Positions 48,929 to 61,090 of a DNA stretch of 64,000 nt are shown here, in pieces (positions within the stretch are counted from its first letter, which is position 1; each line of letters begins with the position of its first letter). The notes beneath the pieces were generated by a model. It did not search any database. It was not told the DNA's origin and saw only the letters and a program-made list of their open reading frames with translations. The stretch is from Chiloscyllium plagiosum (lineage: Eukaryota). The stretch spans positions 763,145 to 827,144 of the forward strand of contig NC_057750.1 of NCBI RefSeq assembly GCF_004010195.1, written 5' to 3'. The translations under genes and the position numbers were made by a program.

Positions 48929-49136
48929 GTGGGTTTCCTCCGGGTGCTCCGGTTTCCTCCCACAATCCAAAAATGTGCAGGTTAGGTGAATTGGCCATGC
49001 TAAATTGCCATACTGTTAGGTGAAGAGGTAAATGTAGGGGAATGGGTCTGGGTGGGTTGCGCTTCGGCGGGTCGGTGTGGACTTGTTGGGCCGAAGGGCC
49101 TGTTTCCACACTGTAAGTAATCTAATCTAATCTAAA
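48929..49136 (+). mobile_element. 5'-truncated, young-looking HE1-like SINE
   Basis: gtgggtttcctccgggtgctccgg...ccacactgtaag(taatc)n; CpGs retained. Confidence 0.92.
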
Positions 49137-49362
49137 CTAGAATGCAGTAGCTGAGGAATGAGGAGTAGAAGAATGAGGGAGGACTGTTACAGCTGTCACC
49201 ATGCTCTCTTTAAAGGAGAGAGACACATGGAGGGAGAGAGGAAAGGAGGAAGGAGTGGCACACAGAGAGAGACAGAGGGAGGAAGGGAAGCTGCTTTTAC
49301 AGTAAGAGATTTGTACTGCTTGTGACAAGGTCAGTTTGCTGCACCTCAGAGAATAGACCCTG

Positions 49363-49463
49363 TCCTGAGGAAGGGTGACTGGACCCAAAACATTAACTTT
49401 GATTTCTCTCTACAGATGCTATCAGACCTGCTGAGCTTTTCCAGCAATTTCTATTTTAGTTTC
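49363..49463 (+). mobile_element. PLE subfamily D arm beginning at the hammerhead core
   Basis: CTGAGGA(49365)-A-GGGT.actg.ACCC-aaaa, then cagatgctatcagacctgctgagcttttccagcaatttc. Confidence 0.72.
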
Positions 49464-49609
49464 TAATAGAATATGAATTCCCTGATTGGGGCTGTGAATT
49501 GGATCCAATCAGGGAGCTCTAACTGACCAGAAAAGGGCGAGTGTCAGAGATACTGACCCTCTGGTGCCTGACTCTGTATGGGATCGTACTACAGTCAAGG
49601 ACTGTTCAT

Positions 49610-49776
49610 GTAGTAGACTCAACAGTAATAGACTCGCCAACTTTAAGGGCATTTAAATGGTCATTGGATAAACATATGGACGATAATAGAATAGTGTAGG
49701 TTAGATGGGCTTCAGATTGATTCTGCACATTGAAGGCCAAAGGGCCTGTACTGCACTGTAATGTTCCATGTTCTAT
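49610..49776 (+). mobile_element. CR1 3' end
   Basis: Matches 43995-44165 (ctttaagggcatttaaatggtcattggataaacatatgga). Confidence 0.88.
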
Positions 49777-49832
49777 GTGTAAATTATCATTATCACTGGC
49801 AGAGCCTTGCACACAGGGGTGGCTCTCTATCA

Positions 49833-49864
49833 CTGAAGAAGGGCCTGTGCCCGAAACGTCGAAT
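49833..49864 (+). ncRNA. Minimal hammerhead ribozyme-like motif at the start of an 87-bp PLE insertion (49835-49921)
   Basis: CTGAAGA-A-GGGC-ctgt-GCCC-GAAA-CGTC-gaat; TSD ctctctatcact at 49823-49834 and 49922-49933. Confidence 0.55.
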
Positions 49865-49962
49865 CTCCTGTTCCCTGGATGCTGCCTGACCTGCTGTGCT
49901 GTTCCAGCAATAAAGTTTCAACTCTCTATCACTCTCAGGGTGAGTCTGTAGGTGACTGTCGA

Positions 49963-50642
49963 TGGAGAGAAAGTGAGGACTGCAGATGCTGGAGATCAGA
50001 GTCATGAGTGTGGTGCTGGAAAAACACAGCAGGTCAAGTCAGGTCCAAGGAGCAGGCGAGTCGATGTTTTGGGCATAAACTCTTCATCAGGAGTGTTGGA
50101 GGGAGGCAAGAGGGTTGAGAGATAAATAGGAGGGTGGGGGTGAGCTGGGGGCAAGGTAGCTGGGAAAGCGATAGGTAAGTGCAGGTGGGGGATGATTGTG
50201 ATAAGTTGGAGAGGAGGGTGGAATGGATAGGTGGGAAGGAAGATGCTCGGGTAGGACAGGTCAAGAGGGCGGTGCCGAGTTGGAGGGTTGGATCTGGGAC
50301 GAGGTGGGGGGAGGGGAGATGGGGAAACTGGTGAAATTGACATTGGTGGGTGGAGGGTCCCAAGGCGGAAGATGAGCCGTTCTTGCTCTAGGCGTCGCGT
50401 GGCTTGGATTTGGCACTCCACCTTCCCCTCCGACCTATCACTATCGCGCCCCCCCCACCTGCATCTACATAACGCCTTCCCATCTACCTTGCCCCCATCC
50501 CTACACTCCTATTTATCTCTCAGATCCCTTGCACCTGCACCCCACATCCCTGATGAAGGGCTTATGCCCGAAACATCGACTCTCCTGCTCCTCAGATGCT
50601 GCCTGGCCTCCTGTGCTTTTCTAGCATCACACATTTTGACTC
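49963..50642. mobile_element. Penelope-like element with 5' inversion (tail-to-tail repeats)
   Basis: Minus arm encodes a GIY-YIG C-terminus (QATRRLEQERLIFRLGTLHP); plus arm 50416-50642 repeats the 3' UTR and terminal repeat. Confidence 0.88.
50545..50580 (+). ncRNA. Minimal hammerhead ribozyme-like motif
   Basis: CTGATGA(50550-50556)-A-GGGC-ttat-GCCC-GAAA(50570-50573)-CATC. Confidence 0.55.
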
Positions 50643-51456
50643 TATCCAGACCGATGGGACTGCCTCTGGCTGTGTTACGCTAGGGGCAGGTAGTGGTCAT
50701 GGGAAGGGGTGGGTGGGATGTTGGTGTAAATGAAGGCTGACAGGATACTGACCTCAGTGGAGTTATTTCAGGATTGATTCTAGCTCAAAACTCAGACAGG
50801 AACAAATCACCCAATCATTTGGGTAGCTGTGTCCGTAGCTGAGGAAGCAGTTAGTTTAATTCTAAAGATTAATCAATTTTTATTGATGATTGGCTCCCCT
50901 GAGCCTCCATATTCTCATTGCTGTCATCCATGCCCTCACTTTAAGCAATTATCAGAGCTGTTCATCATCGGAGCTGATGATTATTGTGTTGATGGAAGCT
51001 GGAACATTGATCATTTTCCCCAACGAGTGAGTGTTACTGTTTTAGTTTGATAAGATTGTCACAGCTGATACATTCTGGTGATTGTGAGCAGACTATTTTG
51101 GCTGAACCACAGCAAACGTCAAGTAAGGGACAGGAGTCACCCTACACCTGAGCTTCACACCCTGCAGCATTACTCAGACCCTGGGCACTCTGCCACTCTG
51201 ACCTGTCCCTTTATAGGCATTGCTGAGGGGTGTTCTGTTTCCAGTGTGGTCCTCTGGAGCTCAGGACTAGGTCCCCTGGTTTTTGTGGTGCACCTTAGTG
51301 ATTTGGGTCTAAGTGTAAGAGGCATGATCATGAAGTTTGCAGGTGGCAAAAAATTTGGCAATGTGAGTGATGGTGGGGAGGTTGATGTGAAACATCAATG
51401 AACTATTGGGGGTGGGGCTGAAAAGTGATAAATAGAATTCAACCTGGGGAAGTGAC

Positions 51457-51795
51457 ATGGCGTGGTGGCTCAGTGGTTAGCACTGCTGCCTCACAGCACT
51501 AGGGACCCAGTTTCAATTCCAGCCTCAGTGTGGAGTTTGCACATCCTCTCCGTGTCTGCGTGGGTTTCCTCTGAGTGCTCCGGTTTCCTCCCGTAATCCA
51601 AAGGTGTGCAGGTTTGGCTGTGCTAAATTGCCCATAGTGTCCAGGATGTGCAGGCTAAATGGGTTAGCCATGGGAAATGCAGGGTTACAGGGAATAAAGT
51701 TGGGAGGGGTGGACCTGGGTGGGATGCTCTTCAGAGGGTCATGTGAATTCAATGGGAGAAATGGTCTGCTTCCACACCAAGGAATTCTTTGATTC
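51457..51795 (+). mobile_element. HE1-like SINE, following an old CR1 RT fragment at ~51225-51455
   Basis: gtggctcagtggttagcactgctgcctcacagc head, V core, and tail cttccacaccaaggaattc. Confidence 0.9.
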
Positions 51796-52126
51796 CTGTG
51801 AGGTGTTGTGCTTGGGGAAAACAAACAGGACAAAATGATCCTCCGAAAGTCACTCAAGGAAATTGTATTCAGAATGTGCCACAAGGTTTATTCACCTGTA
51901 GCTCCAGGTCAAATCAATGCCCAATGTTTCTAACCCCCTTCATACTAACACTCCCTGAGTGACGGGCACAGCTGAAGCTCAACTGCTGATCTCCTGGTGG
52001 GATGTGATGTTAGTTACAGTTCACTGTGTGTTCATCCAAATCCACAGATGCAAATTGTCAGGCCATTTATGAGTCAGATATCTGATGTTTATTGGCAACC
52101 TGAGCAAGCTTCTGGTATCACAGACT

Positions 52127-53643
52127 TACACACACACACACACATGTATACACACGCGCACACACACATATATACATGAATACACACCCTATACACACGC
52201 ACACACACACATGCATGTGTACATACACACACCGTATACACATGCACACACACACATACATGTATACACACAACCCATATACACATGCACACACACAGTA
52301 TACACATGCACACATATACATGTATACACACACCATATACACATGCACCCACACACATGCATGTATGCACACACTGTATACACATGCACGCACACATGTA
52401 TACACACACTGTATGCACATGCACACACACATACATGTATACACACACACCGTATACACATGCACACACACATACATGTATACACACACACACTGTGTAC
52501 ACATGCACACACACACATTCATGTATACAAACACACCATATACACATGCACACACACACATGCATGTATACACACACTGTATACACATGCACACACACAT
52601 ACATGTATACACACACACTGTATATACATGCACACACACATACATACATGTATACACACACACCATATACACATGCACACACACATATACGTATACACAC
52701 ACACCGTATACACATGCACACACACACATACATACATGTATACACATACACGATATACATATACACACACATACATGCATACCCCCACTCACACTGTATA
52801 CACATACACACACACACATATATGTACACACACACACATACTCACACATGCATATATGGACACACACAAGAACATGCACATGTACATGCCTCCACACACA
52901 TACACACATACGCACGGACACACGTATACATATGCACACACATACACACAGAGACAAGAATACACACATGTATGCACTCTCACACACACACGCCCATGCA
53001 TGCATGTGCATACACAGGCACACACGTATATGCACGTGCACGCACGCACAGAGTCTACATTCTATACTTTGTGTTTGCTGATGTAACTCTCTGTACACAC
53101 CCTCCTACTGGCTCTGTGATGTAGAAAGGGATGGTGCAGTTATCTTTCATACTGCAATGTCAAATGTCCTGATGTCGCTGGTTTAAATGTGCAGTGTTTG
53201 TCTGTTTTGGGATCTGTACCACAATACACACATACATACATGTATACACACACACCATATACACATGCACACACACATATACGTATACACACACACCGTA
53301 TACACATGCACACACACACATACATACATGTATACACACACACGATATACATATACACACACATACATGCATACCCCCACTCACACTGTATACACATGCA
53401 CACACACACACGTATGTACACACACACACATACTCACACATGCATATATGGACACACACAAGAACATGCACATGTACATGCCCCCACATGCATACACACA
53501 TACACACGGACACACGTATACATATGCACACACATACACACAGAGACAAGAATACGCACATGTCTGCACTCTCACACACACACGCCCATGCATGCATGTG
53601 CATACACAGGCACACACGTATATGCACGTGCACGCACGCACAG
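52127..53643. repeat. Complex (CA/TA/CATG) microsatellite-like low-complexity region
   Basis: Alternating purine-pyrimidine tracts such as tatacacatgcacacacaca. Confidence 0.95.
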
Positions 53644-53821
53644 AGTCTACATTCTATACTTTGTGTTTGCTGATGTAACTCTCTGTACACACCCTCCTAC
53701 TGGCTCTGTGATGTAGAAAGGGATGGTGCAGTTATCTTTCATACTGCAATGTCAAATGTCCTGATGTCGCTGTTTTAAATGTGCAGTGTTTGTCTGTTTT
53801 GGGATCTGTACCACAATACAC
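52634..53821 (+). repeat. 592-bp tandem duplication
   Basis: gagtctacattc at 53051 and 53643; each copy ends gtaccacaatacac. Confidence 0.93.
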
Positions 53822-54544
53822 CAGGATCAAGGAGATTAAGAAACATCAACCGATTCTCCAGAGGTTTGCAGTTATAATAAAAAGTCTGAGTTTCATAACA
53901 ATTGATTTCAAAAGATTTGCATGTGTGTCACTAACAGAAGACAAAGTGGTAATATTTATCTAATAGCAATGAGATTCCTACTCACCAGCAGATGGTGATA
54001 TGAGGTGGTGTATCTGTACCGAAAGCCAGCATTCTCTCATGATGGTGTTCTACACACTCCAGCAGGCACCCTGTGCAGTCCTCCAGGCTCTTACACTCAC
54101 CTCTCACCATTGCAAAAACCTTCGATTCCAACCATCTCGCAGGGATGTGGGTCTGAGTGAAATCTGGAAAAGGATTTAAACCAAGAACCAATTATTGCCT
54201 CACTCAGCGTTCAATGGAACTCTTAAAGCATTCCTGTCAAATGTGCAGCTTACAAATTAACACAGAAAACCAACAACAAATTAGCAGCAGAGTCACCAGG
54301 ATGACAAGGTTTAGCTGCATTCAGAGAATGGAGAAGCTGGGGCTATGTTCCCTGAGAGCAGAGAAGACTGAGGGGAAATTCAACAGAGATTATCAAAATT
54401 GTGATGGGCTTTGATCAACTGAGTAGAGACAGTGTTCCTTCTGAATGGTGGCTCATTAATGAGATGTCATAGATTTAAAACAATCAGCAAAATAGCCGAT
54501 TGGGGAAATAAGGAGACAATACAGAGGTTTGTTACAGATCTAGA

Positions 54545-54812
54545 ACAAAGAATCTCTACAGTGTTGAAGCAGGCCATTCAGCCCATCGAGTCCACACAAA
54601 ACCTCTGACGGGTATCTCACCAAAACCACCCTATCCTTGTGTTTCCCATGGCTAACCCACATCTTTGGACTGTGGGAGGAAACCAGAGCAAACCTGCACA
54701 GCGATGGGGAGAATGTGCAAACTCCACACAGACAGTCGCCTGAGGGTGGAATCAAAGCCAGGCCCCTGACACTGTGAGGCTGCAGTGCTAACCATTGAGC
54801 CACTGTGACTCC
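54545..54812 (-). mobile_element. HE1-like SINE inside an old CR1 3' fragment (~54285-54995)
   Basis: gaatctctacagtgttgaagcaggcc...gtgctaaccattgagccactgtg. Confidence 0.88.
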
Positions 54813-55059
54813 CTGGAACATGCAGCCTGGAAGGTTGTAGTTAGATTTGAAAAGAACACTCAAACAACAGTTGGACAAACACATGAAGTGAACTAATTGC
54901 TTCTGGGATAGATGCCGGGTGTAAGACTAATTTGATAACTACTTCAAAGAGCTGGTACAAACGTGATGGGCTAAATAGTCACCTATGCTGTCAGATTCTA
55001 AAGTACCAATGTGAAAAAAATGGATCTTTGTTTCTTTCAGTTCTGTCATATGCGTATCC

Positions 55060-55245
55060 TGGAAGGGAGTTTCAGAAATCCAGCGACACTGAAGGAAAGG
55101 CGATATATTTCCAAGTCAGGATGGTGAGTGGCTCAGAGGGGAATTTGCAGGGGATGGTGTTCCCATGTATCTGCTGCCCATGTCCTTTTAGATGGAAGTG
55201 TTCATGAGTTTGAAGGTGCTGTCTGAGAATCTTTGGGAAACTGCA
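55060..55245 (-). mobile_element. LINE family B fragment
   Basis: cagcgacactgaaggaaaggcgatatatttccaagtcaggatggtgag is the reverse complement of the 15490-15540 region. Confidence 0.8.
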
Positions 55246-55428
55246 AATTACTGGAGAACTCAAGACAAATAAAGTGATCTTCAAGACACTGCAGGCCTTG
55301 GAAATGCAATTGGAACTCCAGGCAGCAAGAAACTAAAGGGTTTTCTCTTTTTAATTCACACATGAAGCTACTGATATCAGCATTCCATTGGTAAAAATAT
55401 ACCATTGATGTAGTCAGTACACAAGAGC

Positions 55429-56057
55429 CTTCATTGGTCAGAGCATTGAGTATATGAGTTGGGAGGTCATGTTGCAGCTGTACAGGACATTGATTAGGCT
55501 ACTTTTGGAATACCGTGTGCAGTTCCGGTCTCCCTCCTATCGGAAGGATGTTGTGAAACTTGAAAGGGTTCAGAAAAGATTTACAAAAATGTTGCCAGGG
55601 TTGGAGGATTTGAGCTATAGGGAGAGGCTGAACAGGCTGGGGCTGTTTTCCCTGGAGCTTCGGAGGCTGAGGGGTGACCTTATAGAGGTTTATAAAATCA
55701 TGAGGAGCATGGATATGGAAAATAGACAAGGTATTTTCTCTAGAGTCGGGGAGTCCAGAACTAGAGGGCAAAGGTTAGGGGTGAGAGGGGAAAGATTTAA
55801 AAGCAACATTAGGGGCAACTTTTTCACATAGACACGATGCGTGTATGGAATAAGCTGCCAGAGGAAGTGGTGGAGGCCGGTACAATTGCAACATTTAAAA
55901 GGTGTCTGGATGGGCATATGCATAGGAAGGGTTTAGAGGGGTATGGGCCGGGTGCTGGCAAATGGGACTAGCTTAATTTAGAATATCCAGTAGGCATGGA
56001 CGGGTTGGACTGAAGGGTCTGTTTCCGTGCTGTACATCTCTATGACTCTATGACTCT
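55429..56057 (+). mobile_element. HER1/CR1 3' fragment
   Basis: 125-aa ORF 55454-55831 (LYRTLIRLLLEY...SRTRG..GNFFT); tail tctatgactctatgactct. Confidence 0.94.
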
Positions 56058-58280
56058 GTGTGAATTCGCTGGTTTAACCTGTTGCTCATTTTTTTGAAAT
56101 ACTGCCCATGAACAGAATGTTGTCATTAGTCCCAAAGAGGGTCTGTTTTCACACTACTGAACAACATTGGGCATGGCTTTCTGTGCCAGGGCTATGCCAT
56201 ACATACAGGTCATAAATCCCTGCTTGAATTAAATCATGTGCTCCTTTCGCTGTTAAAACCAGTTACAGGACAGACTCTACTCACCCCAAGCCACGCTCAC
56301 AAAATCCAAAACACGACACCTTCTGTTAGACATAATTCTGCACTTTGGCAGCACTGACAGAACAATCCCAAGTGTGCTAACAGCTGTATTGTTAAGGTAA
56401 TTGATTAGGTTTGTAACATAGCTCATTGATACATGCTGGAAATATATCGATTCATCTTCACTCACAGAGGCCCATTCTGTACAAAGTGATGGAACCTGTA
56501 CATGCTATGTGCCTGCTTTAAACTCCGGATATGTTGGGCAGAGACTGACGGGCGTGTCTGCTGTCCCCTGTTGCTATCTCTATGTCAATGCCTTAGTCTC
56601 TCAGAGTCGACTTGCCAACCAATCTTCACCCTTTTCACTAAAACAAATTGTTGTGACTGTTTGAAATTTAGCATTCTTGAGCAAATCCTGATAAGTGCAA
56701 CCACATGTTTCACTCTTCTTAGCAACATTCAAATTCCACATTACACTGTGCCAACCACTGCACCTTTAACACAGAGACAATGTCATTTGAAAGCTTCAAT
56801 GCTGTTGTGAAAAATTACCTGGCAGCATTCCCAGAGACTTGGCTAGACCTTACTTGTAGATCTTCCAGTGTTTTGACTTGAATGATGTGTTGGCCACATT
56901 TGTTAATGACCTTTAAAGGCCAAGTGACAAGCATTTTCTGCTTCATTGATAAATATCTGCTGTGTCCCATACAAACACACTCAAGCCTGATAAATATATG
57001 GGTCAAAGCATCGGAGGTGGTAATGGTACATCTCAGCACCAAGACAGTCAAATTTTCCATTCCAATCGCCTCCTTTGAGAAAAATGCCAACCTGTCAGAG
57101 GTTTATGAAAATAACTAAAATTTCTGAAACACAAACTTATAACTAAGTGAGTTTGCGAAATGTGATTAAAACGAAAGCTGATTGTTTGCACCTGTATTAT
57201 TAGCTTCACAGTTAACCAACAGCGAAAATGAGAATTGGAATAGAAACATCCGATTCCAAGGATGGTGTGGGAATGTGCAGTTATAGTGTGAGGTTGCATA
57301 ACAACAGAAATGTCACCTTACTCAGGGTAGAATGTGTATGGAATGCTGGAAATGTTGGCATATAAGGGGTAAAGTTTGCATATGGTATGGGTTAATGGAA
57401 TGAACCAGGCATAAAGTATTTGGAGAAGATTAATCAAATCATAAATTGGGTTAAGCAAGTACACTAGAAAGAAATAGGAAATTTAGTTAGTTTAATAAGT
57501 AGTATTTACATTTAATTCATTTATTTTTGTTCAAGAAAGGTTCACTGATGTAACAGACTCACACAATACTGCAAAAATGCTACGTGCTATTAATTCAGAA
57601 TAAGCTTTGAGTTGTTTTTGAAGCTGGGGTGGTGGTCACCCAGTACCATTCTGAATGAAGTCCCTCCAGGATCAAACTATGGGGAGCTCAAGGCTGTGAG
57701 AATAACACAGGCTCTGGGAAGGAGATACCTAGAAGGACAGAGAAAGGAATGTTACACACCCCTGCCAGTTAGGAATGTGTTAAAAACAAAGTGTTTGTTC
57801 AAAACAGATCTTCCAATGTAAAAATATCTGAGATTTCTTGCTAAGGGCAGAGATGTACTTTGGAGCCATTCCTGCAGGAGTTCTCGCCCAGTGCATTAAC
57901 AAAAATATACCTGTTCCTGAATGTCCCGAGGTTATTTCATCCAATAATCTACCTCAACAGGACAGAGTGCTTCCCAGAATGATGTCCTCCATTGCCAGGT
58001 TATGGCATCGGTACAGTTTACATTGATTAATTGTTTTGGTAGTTGCACCATCCACAACTTCTAGAAGTCCTCTAGGTCAATGCTAAAGTTTGGGATCAGT
58101 ATGAACTCTGGGGAAAGGAACCTAGCAGTTTTCTCGATGTGCTTTTGGATAGGGTTACATCAGAGATGCCACAATTGTTCCGAATGATTTCAGGGTTTGG
58201 ACTTGGAGGACTGACTCCGCTTCTGGCTGCCGCTAACTAACCTGTGAGCTGGATAGGAGCAAATTACTGCAGATGCTGGA

Positions 58281-58806
58281 TGCCACATTACCAAAAGGAT
58301 GTGGACACTTTGGAGAGGATGCAGAGAAGGTTTACGAGGATGTTGCCTGATATGGAAGGTGCTAGCTATTAAAAGGAAGTTGAGTAGGTTAGATTTATTT
58401 TCACTAGAAAAAAGGAGATTGAGGGGGGACCTGATTGAGGTTTACAAAATCATGAAGGGTATAGACAGGGTGGATAGAGACAAGCTTTTTCCCAGGGTGA
58501 AGGATTCAATAACGAGAGGTCATGCTTTCAAGGTGAGAGGTGGAGAGTTTAAGGGGGATACATGCGATAAGTACTTCACAAAGAGGGTGGTGGGTGTTTG
58601 GAATGCATTGCCAGCAGAGGCGGTAGAGACAGGCACGGTAGATTCATTTCAGATGCATCTGGACAGATGCATGTGTAGGTGGGGAGCAGAGGGATACAGA
58701 TGCTTAGGAATTGACCGACTGGTTTAGACAGTCCATTTGGATCAGTTCAGGCTTAGAGGGCCGAAGGGCCTGTTCCTGGGCTGTAAATTTTCTTTGTTCT
58801 TTGCTC
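58281..58806 (+). mobile_element. CR1 3' fragment inserted in a PLE subfamily C arm (58257-58874)
   Basis: LFSLEKRRLRGDLIEVYKIMKG...TRGHAFK..VWNALP; agatgctgga on both sides. Confidence 0.88.
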
Positions 58807-59526
58807 TAGATGCTGGAGATCGCAGCAGGTCAGGCAGCATCCATGGAGAGCGAGGAAGCTAATGTTTTGACTCTTTATCCAAGCAGAATGAGCTCTGGGT
58901 AGCTCAGCAATGCTGAACATTAAGGTCCAGTAAGAGAGAATGACTTCCTAATGAGGCTAGCAGAGAATCCAACATAATATTAACCAGCACCTTGAAGGGA
59001 GACAGCAAGGAGGAGATAACAGGAAGAGATTATCACAGATGGAAATGTCTGAACTTTTATAGCGCTTTCACTCTCTAGAACCTGGGAACAGATGGCCTCA
59101 TTACTGAGATCAGAAAACTTTAATAAAATGACCTCAGAAATGGTGATTGCTGTTTATGAATTGGACATCAGACATTAGAATCAGTGACACTGGTTGCTTT
59201 GTGTATGTGGATGAATGCTGAATACCTGAGTCTGTGAAGCTAATCCCCTGGAGCTGGGAGAAAGTGCTTCAGCAAGTGATGGCACCTGGAATTATCTGAC
59301 CCAAAAAATATTGCTTAAGTGAGCTGCAGACACAGCACTGAAAAATCAATTGTGACCCAGAGTCTGCACTGTAACGTTTATAAAGTGAGAAAGAGATTGC
59401 AAGCAAACAGGGAAGTTGGAAAATCGTCAGTCTCCTTCTAATTTCAACAGCTTGTTATTGATGATAGTTTGTTAGGAACCTATTCAAATCCGAATTGGCT
59501 TCTCGACCATTTCCCAGGTCTTATTT

Positions 59527-61090
59527 ATAGAATCATAGAATCATAGAATTTTACAGCACAAAAGGAGGCTGTTCAACCCACTGTGTCTGTACTAGCTCCT
59601 GAACGAACTACCCAGCTAGTCCCACTCTCCAGCCCTATCTCCATCACCCTGTAATTTTATCCCTTTCAAATACATACCCAGCTCTCTTTTGAAACCTCCT
59701 CTGGAGATCCACGTCCACCATTCTCCCAGGCAGCGCATTCCAAATCCCAACAACTCTCTGAGTGAAAAAAGTTTCTCCTCATCTCACTCCGAGCTCTCTT
59801 GCCAACAATCCTGAAACTGTGACTGATGTACAAACTAGTGGAAACAGAATATCGTCTTTTACTTGGTCAAAATAGCTCATCATTTTGAACGCCTCAATAA
59901 GGTAACCTCTTAATCTTCTCTGCTCCAAGGAGAATAAACCCAATCTCCCCAACCTTTCCTTGTGTCTAAAATCTTTCATTCCTGCTATCATTCCAGTAAA
60001 TCTCCTTTGAGACCTCTCTTAGGCTTTAATATCTTTCCTAATATAAGGTGCCCAGAACTGAACACAATATCCCAAATATGATCTGACCAATGGTCTGTAG
60101 AGGTGTAGCATCACTTCCTTGCTTTTATATAATATGTTTCTGTTCATAAACCCAGGGATCATATAAGAATTCCTCAAATGTATCCAGCCACCCTCAGAGA
60201 ATCATGTACATGAATCCCGAACTCCCTCAACTCCTGTCCTCCCCTCAGAGTTGTACCATTGAGCCTGTATTGTCTCTCCACGTTCCTTCCACCAAAATGC
60301 ATTGCCTCATATTTCCTTTCATTAAAATTCATCTGCCAGGTGTCTGCCGTTTGGCCAATGTGTTAATGTCCCTCTGAAGACACTCAGCATCATCCCCTCA
60401 ATTCACTCTTCTCCCTGGATTAGTATCATTCCGAGAGTTTGCCTTAAACCACCTATCTCCAAACCGCTTATATAAATCAGAAAAAGCAAAGATCCCTATA
60501 CCAGTCCCTGGGGAATTTCACTTTCAACTCGTCTCCAATCGGAGAACTGCCCATTTTTCCCTTCCCCCTGCTTCCAATCTTTTAGTTAATTATATTGCAT
60601 CAAACCCAAACATTTCTAATTTGCCACCCAGCCTGCAATGTGGCACTGTACCAAATGCTTTCTGGAAGTCCAAATATACAACATCCCCAGCACTACCCTC
60701 ATCCATTGTCTGTGCCACCTCGTCAAACAACTCAATTAAATTTGTCAGACATGACCTGCCCTTGATTAAACTATGCTGACTGTTCAATGTGAAATTATTC
60801 TTCCCTAAGTGTATTTTTATGTATTCCCACATTGTGGTTGCCCTCAGTTTTCCGCAATTGATGTCAAGCTGATAGGTCTGGACTTTCCTGGGTTATCCTT
60901 TGCCTGTTTCTTAAACAATGGTTACAATCCTCTTCTCACCCGGGACTCATCCAATATTCAGAGATGCCTAGAAAATTTTTGTTAATGGTTTCGCAGTTTG
61001 CCTCCTTAGTTCTCTCAACAATCTCAGATCATCCCGTCTGGGTCTGGTGACTTGTCTACCCGGAGTGCTGCCAGCCTTTTAAGCACCATG
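59527..61090 (-). mobile_element. Degenerate CR1 LINE, ~1.55 kb including RT
   Basis: QHSLIKGRSCLTNLIELF..DVVYLDFQKAFGTVPH; ERLGRLGLFSLEQRRLRG; (atagaatc)n tail. Confidence 0.9.

Larger units (their letters stand above)
49312..50770 (+). mobile_element. Solo LTR (same family as 24962 and 61158) fragmented by later insertions
   Basis: Pieces at 49312-49356, 49465-49609, 49777-49784 and 50724-50770 (ends ggagttatttca) are collinear with 24962-25190. Confidence 0.7.

Noticed and set aside
7444..51795. tRNA genes
   Set aside because: All A/B-box matches continue into SINE bodies and tails; they are SINE heads
52085..53716. His/Thr-rich and Cys/Val-rich ORFs
   Set aside because: Translations of CA/TG microsatellite-like DNA, open in many frames
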